This document shows, one piece after another, positions 43,681 to 56,305 of a stretch of DNA of 64,000 nucleotides. A model generated the notes under the pieces. It saw only the letters and a program-made list of their open reading frames with translations, had not been told where the DNA came from and did not search any database. Numbering within the stretch: position 1 is the stretch's first letter; every line of letters starts with the position of its first letter. The position numbers and the translations under genes are program-made. Origin of the DNA: Moniliella sp. 'wahieum' (lineage: Eukaryota); contig RSEE01000075.1 of the NCBI GenBank assembly GCA_003971905.1, positions 248,001-312,000 on the forward strand, read 5' to 3'.

Positions 43681-45499
43681 AGGCGAAAGGAAGGAAAGGG
43701 TTTGGAACCGAACCCTACGGCCTACCCCCCCGTGCCTGCCTACCGTCGCACGCGCTACTCGACTTCAAGCTTCATCTCGATATGATAATCCTGCCCGCCC
43801 TGCCCGGCCGTCGGCAATGCGTGGCGGAGTGACTAGTGACCGTGCTGGGTACGATGCTCGGTGCTAGGCGCGGGTGTCTGGGGCGCGCAGATGCGCAAGG
43901 TTGGGACCTTAACGCTTGAAGCTTGGAGCTTGATCAGACCAACGCGGATGCGCTGGTGCGCTGCTACAGATCAGACCCCGATCTGACTTGGGAGGGGGAT
44001 GCATAGTGCACCCGGCACACAGTAGCGTAGTGCATCCTGATCGATGATCTGATTCATGATTCTGATTGGTTGGAGGCCGTGGTATGGGACAGGTGACTAG
44101 CTGACTAGCTGACTAGTGCACAGGTAGCTGGCGAGGAGCAGATCGAGGCTGCTGGGCGCTTATTTTTCCTTGGGATACACATCCAGCGCACCAAGTCTAA
44201 CTAGCCAACGGCCTCGCTCCTCGCTCCTCGCTCGTCGATCACCGGCCGATCCCCGATCCCCGATCACTTCGGTCGCATGCCACATGTCACACGCCACGAC
44301 CACGTCACTCAGAATCATTAATCACCGGTCACCCAGCGCACCAGCCGGTCACGCTCACGCGATGTACATCGCACGTGCACCAGCACTCGAAATATATATA
44401 GCCCAGCTTTCTTTGTACGAGGCACTCAATTGGCTTCCTTGAGGACTCCTACTGGTAGGCCTGAGTCTGAGGCCAGAGGCTGGCCTGAGGGCTCCATGCA
44501 TGCCAGTTATCGGCTCAGCGCTCACCCAACAAGCTTTTGGGGGGTACAATTTACAATCGGGTAGACAACGGACGGACGACGCAGGGTAGTGTGGTGCTTT
44601 TGAGCTGCTCGGTGGATCCGATGTTAGACTGTGATCCTGCAGCTGCTCTTATCCCGGCTCGATAGCGTAGTGGTAACGCATCCCTGGCCGAAAATGGAAG
44701 GTTGGGAAACGTGTCAGCGAATGACTAAGCTTGCTCCAATTTCCAATTCTGCACCCTGTCTCTCGCTCTTCCTTTCCTTTTTCTTTTGCTTCTGGTCTCT
44801 GCCCGATGCCTTCTGTTTCCTCCCACGAACGATCTGGCCTTTCCCCCCGCCTCTGACAGGACCTTGGTCTCCCTCGTTTAGTGCCGACTGTTACAGAGGT
44901 CAGGCTGAGCTATCAGTACGTCAGGGATGATACTCGATTGGGAACACCATGGGGACTTGCATGGGATGTGGATCACGCCGATCACGTGACCCCACGCCTC
45001 GCTGCGAGACGTGCGGTAGGCTCCGGCGGGTACTGGACTTCTGCTGGACAGCTGGCTAGTCAAGAAAAGGCGAAAAGTGCGCCAGGAGGGGTGGCCTGGT
45101 GGGTGTGCCTGGAACCGGGCGGTAGCCAACGTAGTTAATAGGGGCGTGTGACGTGTGACATGGTTGCGTCTAAAAACGGACAACGTGCGCGCATGCATGT
45201 GCCTGATGGATGATGCCCGCGTGGCGGATGGATGATGGGGGCCACGCGACAAGGCGCACAGGACATGTGCTCGCTCTTTTGCCAGCCAGCAATTGTACCT
45301 GAGTGGTGCAGGCACAGGGGCTGTGTGGGCACGCGTATGCCAGAGTGCGGTGGGGTGCGGAGGATCGGCCAGGCGTTGCACGCCTCGACCAGCGCTGCCT
45401 GGCCAGCCCAGCCCAGCCGTCCCAGCTTCAGAGCTTCAGCGCCTTCCGTGCCCCTGATCACACCCACGGCCCTTTGCTCCGCCAGCCAGCCCATCCAGC

Positions 45500-46840
45500 A
45501 TGCCATCCGCGCGGCTGCCCGCCCTGCTGGCCACGCTCGTTCTCCTGGCTGTGTGCGTCGTCGAGGTGCTTATCAGTGTCGGCGTGCCTGTCTGGAAGGC
45601 CATCTACTTTGCTCGCCTCTCCACTGCCGGCTCCGACGCGGTCGACGTGGGCGTCTGGAGCCTCTGCACCACACATGGCCACTGCACCAAGGCGTCAGTC
45701 GGTCTCGTTTGGCATCCGAACCAACTCGACTCGACCCCTGCGCCCACGGGCCATGTTCTGATCAAGGGTCTCACCGCCGCCCTCATCCTCCACCCCATCG
45801 CGGCTGGCCTGGCTGCTCTGGAAGCCCTCTGTGCGCTTCTAACCTCCTTTGGCTCACAGAGGCCAAAGGGTATGTGGGGCAGCGCGATGGGTGCTTTTTT
45901 GTCGTGCGCTGTCACCCTGGGCGCGTTTGGTGTCAGTATCGCCGTCGTCTTGTTGGCCCGGAGCCGATATGTGGGCACCGTTTTCTTTGGCCCTGCTCTG
46001 TGGATGTCAGTCGGTGCTTCAGCAGCGGCGGTGCTCGCTGTCCTCGTCGCCATCTGTGCAGCCGGGATGAGCTCCCTGCAAGAGGACGCTACGGAGTATG
46101 TGCCCTCCCACCTCGCCTACCCCACTCCGTCTACCAACCAACAGACGTGGTCCGATCCATCCGTACTCGCCACCAAAGAGACCGAGGCGCAAAAGATGAA
46201 CTACTTTGACCATGGCGATGACCCAGAGGGCACCACCACCTCACGCACCCAGCTCAACGCCACTACTCATCCCGACGGGTACGCGTATGATGGAGGTTAT
46301 TCTACCTACCCCCCCCAACCTTACCCCTCGTACTACCCCACCACCGCTGCCCCGGCCCCTACCCCCGGGACCTGGGACGTTAGTGGGTACGTGTACCCTA
46401 ATCAGGGTACGTGGGGGGATCACTATGCCCCGGGTCAGTCGGGCGCCGCGGCGCAGCACCAAGGTGACCAAGAGCTTCTAGCCCGAGACGGCTACCCTGC
46501 CCAGGGTCCGGCCGAGACAGAACCAGGCTACAACGCCATTGCTCCTTCAGCAGAGGCTCCATCGCAAGGCGGAGGGGTGCAGTACGGCGTGGCGTATAGC
46601 GATCCCAATGACCCCGAGGCCAGTAGTCGGTACAGCGGTGCGGACGCGTACGAAGCGTATGATACCGCTTACCCTCCCGGTTCGGCCGCGTTGCGGGCAA
46701 GTGTGCCGTCCACGCCTGGATCCGAGGTGGATGTGATCGCGTTCCAGCCGCCTGTGTCGTCCTCGACCAGTAGGGCGCGTACGCGCGAGGCGTATGCCCG
46801 CGTCGCTCACACGGTCTCCACCTCCCAGGCCTACCACTGA
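45500..46840 (+). CDS. SUR7/PalI-family membrane protein
   Basis: Intact 446-aa ORF; ISVGVPVWKAIYF, GVWSLC..C, LILHPIAAGLA, FGPALWM; four hydrophobic helices then a Tyr/Pro-rich cytosolic tail. Confidence 0.82.
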   Translation: MPSARLPALLATLVLLAVCVVEVLISVGVPVWKAIYFARLSTAGSDAVDVGVWSLCTTHGHCTKASVGLVWHPNQLDSTPAPTGHVLIKGLTAALILHPIAAGLAALEALCALLTSFGSQRPKGMWGSAMGAFLSCAVTLGAFGVSIAVVLLARSRYVGTVFFGPALWMSVGASAAAVLAVLVAICAAGMSSLQEDATEYVPSHLAYPTPSTNQQTWSDPSVLATKETEAQKMNYFDHGDDPEGTTTSRTQLNATTHPDGYAYDGGYSTYPPQPYPSYYPTTAAPAPTPGTWDVSGYVYPNQGTWGDHYAPGQSGAAAQHQGDQELLARDGYPAQGPAETEPGYNAIAPSAEAPSQGGGVQYGVAYSDPNDPEASSRYSGADAYEAYDTAYPPGSAALRASVPSTPGSEVDVIAFQPPVSSSTSRARTREAYARVAHTVSTSQAYH

Positions 46841-47662
46841 GGATGGGCGCAGCAGCAGGCACGTGCCACAGCTGCATACGACTCTGCGTACCAACCCTCT
46901 ATGCCAGAATCGCTCGTCCCGACCTGGCTACCAGGCGTAGCCTTTTTCCGAGGACTTCCCTCCCGCCCCCCATATAGATACACCCCAACCTTTGCTGCGG
47001 ATGCCTTGGACGTTTTCCGTACCCCCTGCCTTCTTGCCTACCCTTCCTTTCTTGTCAGATTCCCCCGTCCCCCTGGTCACTTGATGTACCCCTTCCTGCC
47101 TGTGTATTTCTTTCCCCTGTCACATTGCCTCCCTTTCCTCCCTTTTGGCCCTCGCTTGGCTGCTTCCCCTGTGGCTTGCTCGCTCGCGCTCGTTTGCAAC
47201 TCCAATGACACATCCGGGGTTTCCCCCGCGCCTTACTTTGGATGCAGGGCGCTAGACCTCACCTTGGGCGCTGCAGCAGCCATGCTTGCGCTCTCTTCAT
47301 CTCTCTCATGTTTGGCGTCTCGTTCTAGGGTAGGTGAAGGGTGAGGGATTCGATGAGGCCCGGGAGACCCGATGAGAGCCCGAGTCCGAGATCGCCCTGG
47401 CCTATTGCTTCGCCTACAGTTTACCCAAGGCCCTGGGTGCGGCCATAGGTCGCACTCCCCTCGGCGTGCTGTACCAGCTGCGCCCTCTACGGTCCGGGCG
47501 CCTTGTCCACCTGTTGACCTGGGCACCTGTTTCATCTGTCCGCCTATCCACCCCACCCCACCGCGGCGACCCACGCCAGAGGCCAAGACAGACGCAATCC
47601 AATTCGAGGTGAACCCCAAGGCCGACGAGCAAGCCCAGGGTTCGGATGTGCAGCCGGGTGGT

Positions 47663-48097
47663 CTATGCGCCACCACTGGACCGAGGCAAAACCCAAAAGC
47701 AGGCCAAAGAAGAGCAGAGCAGAGCAGAGCAGAGCAGAGCAGAGCAAAGGAAGGAAAACGAGTCAGTGCGGTCCAACGCGGGCGGGTGCACAGGAAAATG
47801 CGCAGACACGTACACGAGAATGTTGTTGATGGGAATGTGGATGAGCTTGACAAAGTAGCCAATGAAGCCCATCACGACAAAGCCGACGCCCACAGCGCGG
47901 CAGATCTGCAGGTACTCTGGAACGGGGGGATTGGTTAGCAACCAAGCGCAAGCGCAAGCGCAAGAGCATAAGGGCAAGGGCAAGAGCAAGCGACACATAC
48001 CCTGTTCGTTGGGCTTCTTGCACCGGTTCATAAACTGGGTGCCCTCCTTGACGAACTGCTTGGTATCGTTGATGGTCTCCTGGATGGGGTTGGCCAT
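47663..48097 (-). CDS. SSS1: Sec61 translocon gamma subunit
   Basis: Exons 48097-48001, 47916-47814 and 47675-47663 splice to MANPIQE..FVKEGTQFMNRCKKPNEQEYLQICRAVGVGFVVMGFIGYFVKLIHIPINNILVGGA*. Confidence 0.96.
   Translation of the reverse strand: MANPIQETINDTKQFVKEGTQFMNRCKKPNEQGMCRLLLPLPLCSCACACAWLLTNPPVPEYLQICRAVGVGFVVMGFIGYFVKLIHIPINNILVYVSAHFPVHPPALDRTDSFSFLCSALLCSALLCSSLACFWVLPRSSGGA
47710..47745. repeat. (AGAGC)n pentanucleotide microsatellite in SSS1 intron 2
   Basis: About 7 tandem AGAGC units, forming the pyrimidine tract (CTCTG)n on the sense strand. Confidence 0.9.
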
Positions 48098-49666
48098 TTT
48101 GTGCGCAAGAAGGGTGGTGGGGGAGGCAGAGGCGTGGTGCGACGCTGCCTGGGCCAAACCACCGCCCGGGGGGGCAGCATCCATCCAGCCGACCACGTGG
48201 AGCGCGCATGAAACATTTCAGCATGCGGGCTTCTGGCCGGCGTGTGATGCGTGATACATAATGGGTGTTGCATCCGGAGCTTACGCGCTTACGTGCGCAC
48301 CAGCCGTCTGTGGCGTGGCTTCGGAATCATGTTACGCATGGCAGCCAATCCAAGTGGGGAGGGGATGCCGGGGTTGCGGCTGCCCTCAAGGCTCAGGCCA
48401 AGTCCCACCACCACGGCGTGCTGCTTCGCTGCGTCCCGCTCTGCCATCCCGCCCGCCCATGACACCCAGATGCCCAGAGGCGTGCCGGGACGCTCGCCTA
48501 CCTTCCACCCCAGTCCAACCCCAAAGGCGCACGCTTCGTCCCCTTTCTCAATTCCGTGTTCCCCTGCGCCTGCCAACGCCCCACGGGCACGCTAGGAAAA
48601 CATGGGCACGTACACGTGCGTTCATGCAACGTTCTCTGTCCCGCCGTACCCCATGCCGCCTTCCCAACGACAACCTTACTCATCCTTCACCCGACACCAC
48701 ACTGGGCCCGGATGCAACGGCAATCTGCCCCAGCTGGCACCCTCTCAGGAAACCCACAATGAATGCCTTTTTGTCATGACAGGGTACGAGGTGCAAGTGC
48801 TAAGGAAGTGGAATCTGGCCCTTCAACTGTGTTTACTAGTAACTAGCCCACCATAAATTCGCCCAGCCACGTCGGAACCATGTGCACAAGTAGCGAGAGG
48901 GTTATACCCGGTTGCCCACCGTGGCTACGCTGACATTCATAGCCGAGCTGGTGACCGCGACTCGGAACCGCGTGGCATTGTGGCCATCCCAAGAAGCGTG
49001 GGATCAACAAGGATGCCAGCTCTCTTCTACTACGCCCACAATTGGTTCGTCCTGCCGATGCAATACCCACCGTTGATCCGACTTTGCCCACAGGGCGCCG
49101 CTTTGGTATAGGTTCACAGCTGCAACCTGGAGTATATACGGGAAGATCGAGATCTGTGTCTCCCTCTCCTTCTCCCTCCCTCCCTCTCAGATGAGATCTG
49201 GAGTCCCGATGGTCCTCGAGGGTGGTGCAATCGCACTGGTGCAGCGGTGGTGGTCTAAACAAGCCAGGCAGCAACACCTACAGAGGAACATGAAGCCGCC
49301 AGTCACCACCCGGGGTAGGCTGCGGAACAAGGGAACTAGAAGCGAGAAAACAACGGAACTCCTACGTATGGGGAGGGGCTGGAGGGACATTCCGTCTCCC
49401 TCTCTCAGATCTCACTTTCCTTCCTGCCAAACTATAGGCTCCAGTGCATCCGTCATCGCGTCATCCTCGAATTGAGATCATGCGGTTGAGGCCTGGACAG
49501 AGAGTTCAACAACGCGTTGCCTGAGAGGATTCGCTTTGGGGTTGCCACTTGTCATCTCTTTCTTCAGAGCCAAGTCGTGCAGGCTGTAACAGTAAAGCGG
49601 AGCAGGTTGTATCGGCAAAGTCAGGCCTCAAGGGAAAAGGGGAAAAGAAAAGTACACGCCAAAATA

Positions 49667-49761
49667 TGACTGCGCCCGGGATCGAACCGAGGACCTTATC
49701 CGATAACTACGGCACAGGGCCAGTGTTAAGGATACGTGATAACCAACTACACCACGCTGCC
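49667..49761 (-). tRNA. tRNA-Val(AAC) with 21-nt intron
   Basis: GGCAGCG-TG-GTGTAGTTGGTTATCACG-TATCC-TT-AAC-A-[intron 49723-49703]-C-GGATA-AGGTC-CTCGG-TTCGATC-CCGGG-CGCAGTC-A, followed by TATTTT (Pol III terminator). Confidence 0.93.
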
Positions 49762-50873
49762 ATCTGAACAACACAGCTTCAAGCAAACTTATAGGGTGGG
49801 CTTGCGGGGTTCTTGAGAAGACTTGTGCGGGTGCAGCGCAGAACAGACAGACAGAGGTGTAAACAGATGGATCAAGAGAGGAAGAGCGAGTGTTTGAAAC
49901 TGATGGCGTTCTCTTGCGATTGGTTCCTAGCACCGAATGAGGCTGTCAAGCTAGGTATACTGATTTTGTTTTGGTTTATCAACAGTAGCTGGTAGAGAAG
50001 CATGCGAGTTGTTGTGGGGATATAGGGTCTTGAGGCCCTGAGGCCCGAGGGCTGCGGCCCCTGAAGCATCTGATGCATGATGTTTGATGGGCCCCTGGCG
50101 CAAGGCGGATTCTCGCAGGCTCATCTCATTAACATTGGCGCACGCCGCCTCTGGATCCGATTGCGAACAGATCAAACGCACATCGGATGAAAACGATGGC
50201 TCGGATCCATCGAATCCCTAGTGGCCCAGTCCGAGTCATCGATCATTGCATCATCGACGTCCACATGCCATCCGAGCTGCGCATCTTCGCGTGTCAGTAA
50301 CTATTCACTTCTGAGTACTCAGTATGGATTGGACGCTTACTTTACCGTCTGGAGTTGGGCCCAGTTGGGCTCAGCGCCCCAAGGCGGGCTGAGCTGTTGA
50401 GGCTGTAGGTATATACCGAGGAGGGAGCTGAGCGGCTGCACGAGTGCGTCGCTCTTGAGCAGCGTTGAGCTGAGCCGCAAAGTCTCTCCGCCTCGTCCCT
50501 GGGGCCCCTGGGGGGTTGGGGGGCGGCGGGCGTGTCGACTGGTCAGGGTGCTGGCGTGGGAGCCGGGGAGGGACAGGCGCTGAATATTGAATGGTGGACG
50601 CATCGTTGAGCTGGGCGTTGACGCGGTCCACGCTGAGCCAGCGCTCAGCCCCAGCGCTGCTGAGGCTCCGCGCTCCCTTCGGTGGGCGCCACCCGAAGCG
50701 GGAAGACCGGAGACCTCGCTTAAGTGGGCAAGCGAACCGGGGGGCGCGCGCACGGCGCCAGTGCCTGCCCACTGTCGCCCCTTGCCCGACGCCCCCCGGA
50801 TGTGCGCCGCCGCATTGCGGGCGGCGTTTTTAGTTGGCTGGACGTCGATGTGCATGATTGCTTGCTATATGAG

Positions 50874-53800
50874 ATGGCGAGCACAAGCAACCCATCCGAC
50901 GGGAGCAGCCCCCGCGAGCACCCCCGCCGCCCCTCCATCTCGCCATCGCCATATTCCCGCGCCATCCCCACCTCCATCTCCGGCGCCTCTGGTCCTCCAC
51001 CCCTCATCTCCTCCACCCTCATCCGCACCACCGCCTCTCGTAACCCTGTGATATCCGTGTGCTCTCGGCGGCCGTCATGAGCACCATCCCCCGCTCCCTC
51101 CCCGCCCCCCCGCCCCCCTTCACCTCATCCCCCGCCCCCGTCTCCGCCCCGCCCCGCCGCCACCCCTACGTAGTTCCTGCCCCCGTCCCCCCCCCGCCCC
51201 CGCCGTGCTCTCGGCCCACCTGGCCCGCAGCCGCACCCCCATCGAGGGCCGCCCCCTTCTTCCCTCACGCGACAAGCGCCGCAGCCGATCAGTCAACGAC
51301 CTCTTCGCCACCCACCCAGACTATGGCCGTAGTACCCACACTGGCCATGGCCATGGCTACCCCCACGCTGTTCAGGGTCTAGGCTTGTCTTTTGAGCCCA
51401 GCGCTAGTGCGCCCGCCCACGACTACTTCTCTTTGGGTTTACCCGTCCCGCCCCACGTCTACCTCATTGCCAATTCTCTCGAGAGTGCCGCTTCTCAACT
51501 TGCAGCCGCGGACGGCCCTGTCACTCATCTTCTCCTAGGTTCCATTCCCAGCCCAGTCCAGTTGACAGTCTTACTCCAAGAGCACTTGCCCCGGCTGGCA
51601 CCTAGCTTGCTGTGCGTCCCCTCTGTTGCTCTGCGAATGTTGTGCACTTTTTTCCTGACTGGTTCATTCGTGCAGCGTTCTCAAGATAGACAACTGTCAG
51701 CTTACGTCCCTGCCGCTGGCCTAAGCTGTGTACCCATTGGAGGAACTGGACATTCGCGCAACCCACTTGGAGTGTCGCTTCCTCCTGTATCGCCCGCCTC
51801 ACCAGCCTACGAGTTCTCCTCGCCGACCAGCTCGGTCTTACCGCGTTCCCGCCTGGCTGGCTGATATGAGCTCGCTTACCGTTCTTTCCGTGCGGCAGAA
51901 CTCCTTGGACCATTTTCCCTCGTCGCTCACAAGCTTGTCCGCCTTGAGCGCCTCACGATCGAGAACAATCCCTGGTCTCCCACTTGGACACCGCTCCTGA
52001 CGGCCATCATCAACGCTCCACCCAAAAGGTGGGGGCATCGCTAGAAACCCAGTCTTCGGCTACGTTGACCAGTGCGTACGACGATGATGAAGAAGACCTC
52101 ATCAGTTCCACCGCTGGCACCCGACCAAATCGCCCCCAACAGGCATTCTAGCGGCATTACGAGCATCTAACATTGGTGAGGTCAAAGCTGGTCTCAAGGC
52201 GTCTCGCATTCCTCGCATTACATGGGTGGGTACCCGTAGAGCCTCTCAGCCGGCTTCAGGGCCATCTACCTCGGCCTCGTCGGCGCCCAAATCGAAAAAC
52301 AGTGGCCGTCACTCTTTTGGATCGGCCGATGCGCGCTCCGACCGATCAAGTGGAGCTTTTCCCTTCACCGTAGTAAAGGGTTCAAGTTCGAGCAACCAAG
52401 CAAGCAATTTTCCCTCCCACGACTTGTCGGGCACCTTCAAGCCTCTCCGCCCCCTGAATCTGACACGTCCCCTTCTCCGTCAACCTCGGCCACAGGTCCC
52501 CTCACCCCGCTCGACATTCGGCGTTTTTCTGGTATCAACTTTTGGGAGAGCCTATCGTCAGGCGTCCGTCTCCCTCGCCTGGCCACCCTGCCCTGGGCTC
52601 GCCTTCAGCCTTTCGTCCTGGTGGGGCCGACCATCCATCGTTAGCAGCACCCCTATCATACCTCTCTCTCGCTCCGGTGCGTCTCCCGTGCACAACCGAA
52701 ACGCTTCTTCTTCGTCAGTTGATTGGACTCATCGCCAGGCAGTGGAGCACCGCATCGACGTTAAGCATCTATGCGTCCTTACGTGACATGCATGACCTTG
52801 AGGTCGCAGAGGCTGCGTACCAGGCGCCGCCACTACCCCTTTTTCCACATTGGCACGCACCTACCCGATCACCTCTGCGGGGAAGGGCCGGGGTCCCAAG
52901 TCGGCATGCGCTCCTCGGTGCCAGATATCAAACGCATGGACGACCCCAACTCAGACGGCGGATCATTCAAGAGATTGTTTCGTCGGAAGAGTCGTACGTG
53001 GGAGCGTTGCAGGAGTTTATCGATGTGTATGTCGCTGCAGCAGAGCAGTTTGACCCACAACCTCGGCCCCAACCGTTCCTTTGGTGGAACAACGGATCGT
53101 GTTTGGCAACATCCCTGCCCTCATTCACCTCCACACCAACTCTTTCTTGCCTGCGCTCCAAGCTGCTGCACGGGCAGAGGAGGAACCGGATCGGGCTTGC
53201 CCGATGCAGTGGACCGCATTGCCGAGGTATTCTTGGTTCATTCGGCCTTTTTCCGCATGTACACGGCCTATCAACAATTGTGACTTGGCGCAGCAGCTGG
53301 TGGCTCTATGGGAAGGCGTCGTTGTCCCGCCAGGGATTGAGGCAAGACTGGCCGCACGCCTCCACACGGCGCCAGCGCCATGTCTACTCCCCGTGTCTTC
53401 GCACAGTGCGTCTGCATCGGCGGCCGGGTCAGATTTTTCAGTAGAGAGCGACATGATCCAGCGGGCTCCGCAGTCAACCTGCCGCCTCCTGGTTGGAGGC
53501 AAAGCGGGACCCCCCTCGCGAGCTGGCAGTGTGGGAACGGGAGTGCTGTCCAAGTCGGCGCGTAAGGCTCGACAAAAGTACCTTCGCAAATGCGCCCAAG
53601 ATCCACGCCGATCCCACATGTCCATCGAGTCGTATTTGATGCTTCCAGTCCAACGCGTCCCACGCTATCGCCTTTTGCTTGAGGCCTTGGTCAAAGCCAC
53701 TCCTCCGCCTACTCGCATTGATCCGGTAGAACGCGGAATGCCAGCGACGGGTCACGCCTTGAAAATCGTAGCCCACCACATGAACCTGTGCTTCCCTCTG

Positions 53801-54760
53801 GGGGGGTCAACCTTCCCTCCCACGAGGGAGTGCCGCTTCTGTGGCGGAGCCCCAGCGTGGCTCGATCCGAGGCACGCGGGCCCTGCTCGTCTAGGCCAGA
53901 GGAAGCTCCTTCTGATTCGAGATCCACGGCAAACCAAGCCAGTGATGCCATGTCCAATCCGTTGGCCAGTGAGCCCATGTCCCCGATGGTGAATTCGCAG
54001 CCACCGGTCGCCCATCCCCGCCATACGGCCAACAGCCGGTTGGATGAGGCACTGGTTCAGATTTGTGAACTAGCGCACATGATCAACGAGTCAAAGCGGA
54101 GAGCTGAGCAGGATCGGCGCCTGTTTGAGTGGCAAGCACGGATCGCTGGCTCCTTTCCCTCCCCTTTGGTCCAACCCCATCGTCGACTGGTCCGAGACGG
54201 GTGGTGTGATGCTGCGCAAAATTGTGCGTCTCTCCTCGGAACGGGGCAACCACGGTTCGGATCCGGTCAAGAACGTACCGACATTGCAGCAAACCGTTGT
54301 GGAGGAACCAGTAGTGTTGCTCCTCTGCACTGACCTTGCTGTCTTTCTCACTGCTCCTCCTGATTTTCTCCCTCTTCTCCGTGCAGCGGGTCAAGAGGCC
54401 GCAGCCCACGCAGCTATGATGGAGGCCGTGGCGGCGTCCACCTGCACCTCGCCCGACGCTTCCATCGAGATGCGCTGGGAGTCCGATGGTCTGCGCAGTG
54501 CGGGCGCACCCGCACGACCTCCGCCGCCCGACTCGGCGGGCCCACTGCTCCATGTTGAGCCCATGCTGTTGCTCGAGCCGTTTGCCATCTTGCGCCGGTG
54601 GCCGGTGGCACCGGTCCCGCGTCCGCCATGCAGGGCACCACGGTCGAGCGCGTAGATGCAACCACCTTGCGCATCATGGACCACACCAAGCTTCTCTACT
54701 TTCCGCCCAGTCCCCGGCGATGCCGAGGCTTGGATTGCTGCCCTAGGCCAGACCAACTGA
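50874..54760 (+). CDS. Rho guanine-nucleotide exchange factor (DH-PH) with N-terminal leucine-rich repeats
   Basis: LRR-like LEELDI, VPAWLADMSSLTVLSVRQNSLDHFP; DH: RRRIIQEIVSSEESYV, VFGNI, ESYLMLPVQRVPRYRLLLEALVKATP, INESKR; PH start LVQPHRRLVRDG and end AEAWIAAL; many frameshifts; start uncertain (50874 or ~51077). Confidence 0.82.
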
Positions 54761-56305
54761 TCAACTGATCAACTGATCACGTTCCTCTCCTTCCCCGCTG
54801 GCCCTCCCAAATCCGCTGTGCTGGGCCACACCGATACCGCCTTCTCCTCCAGGCATTCCCTATGACACATTATACCCCTTTTCACGTATACCCCCCCCAC
54901 ACACACCCCCTTCCCGTCTCTATTCCCCATGTTTCACCACGCATGACCTGAACGTTGCGCCTGCTTCTGCCCTACCTCTCTGACGCCATATCTCTCCCTC
55001 TTCCCTCTTCCTGCGTCCCGCGCCTGCCCCCCCCCGTCCAGCTGCGCGAGCCTCGCTTCATCCCATTTGTACTTCGTTATGATGCGCTCTGCTCTGGCCG
55101 GCACTGATGGGTGCTACAGCCGTGGGGCCGGCAGTTTGAATTCCCCCTCTCTCTTTCTCTCTGTGGTCTTTGGTATTTGGTCTTTTGGGTTTGGTAACGT
55201 CCCTCCCTAGCCTCTTGCCCTGCCTGAAGTTGTTGAGTGTGCTAGCGATGGGTGCCACTGGGCAAGTGCCAACGCAAACGCAAGCGCAAGGGCAGGGGGG
55301 GAAGAGACCAAGCAAAGATAAGATACGATACGATAAGAACTGTCTTTCTGCTTCTCCTTGTTCGGCTTGGCCGACCCGCACTGGATGTGGGCATGGTCCA
55401 GCGTTCCACTCTTGAGATAGACGTCGGGCGCTGGTGTGGTCGCCCAGGTCATACCGGTCGAGTGCATCGTAGCCTCCGTGCATGTTGCGCCTATGCCCTC
55501 AGTTTGGTGCTCATGCCGCCCGCCGCCGCGACGACAGCTACGAAGGACCAACGTGACGGTACCGTCAAGCTGCTTGAGTGTTGGGATGCAGTCACCTTGT
55601 TCATGCACGTGTATCCCCCCTCTTTGGCGGTTGGCAGGCGTCACGCGTCGTGCAAGTCGGGCCAAATTGATCTCCGGTCTCTCCTCGAGCACTTAGTGCG
55701 CAGTGTAAGCGGATTGTCCGCGCGTAACTGGCTCAAGAGACTTTTGTTACTCGTTGTGCTGTTACCCCTGGCGAGCATTCTGTCAAATGAATGTCATCAG
55801 CGTCATTAACACTGCAGTTGCCTGTAGCCCGCCTAAGAGTTCACTTTGCACTTCTCTGGCAATCAATGGGCAGCGCCTGACCAACGGGCCACAATCACTT
55901 GGTCCCGAGCGACTGGATACTAGTGAGGGGTGTGGGCATTGGATTGTATGTCCCGGTTGGCAAAGAAGGATCGAAACGAAGTGCCGTGGGCCGTAGAGGG
56001 AACTGAAGACGAGAAAGAAGAGCGTAATTGAAGCACAGCCACATTTCACTTTCTCTCCTTTCCATCCTCGCATTCTCCTCTGCCACTGCCACCGCCTTTC
56101 CTTACCACCCCCCCTCCACGCCCATTCATGTAACTCATCTTAAGGGTATACCGCGTGCTCTCCGTTCGGGACCACACCTACTTGATCCCTCGTCCGCACC
56201 ATCGTCTTGGTCCGCTCTGGTGCACCCTACCCTACGTGGTCCGCTGTTTCCCCCCTCGGGTTGGCCGAGCTCAAGAGCAAGGACCAAGCCCCCAGCCCCG
56301 CTGGT

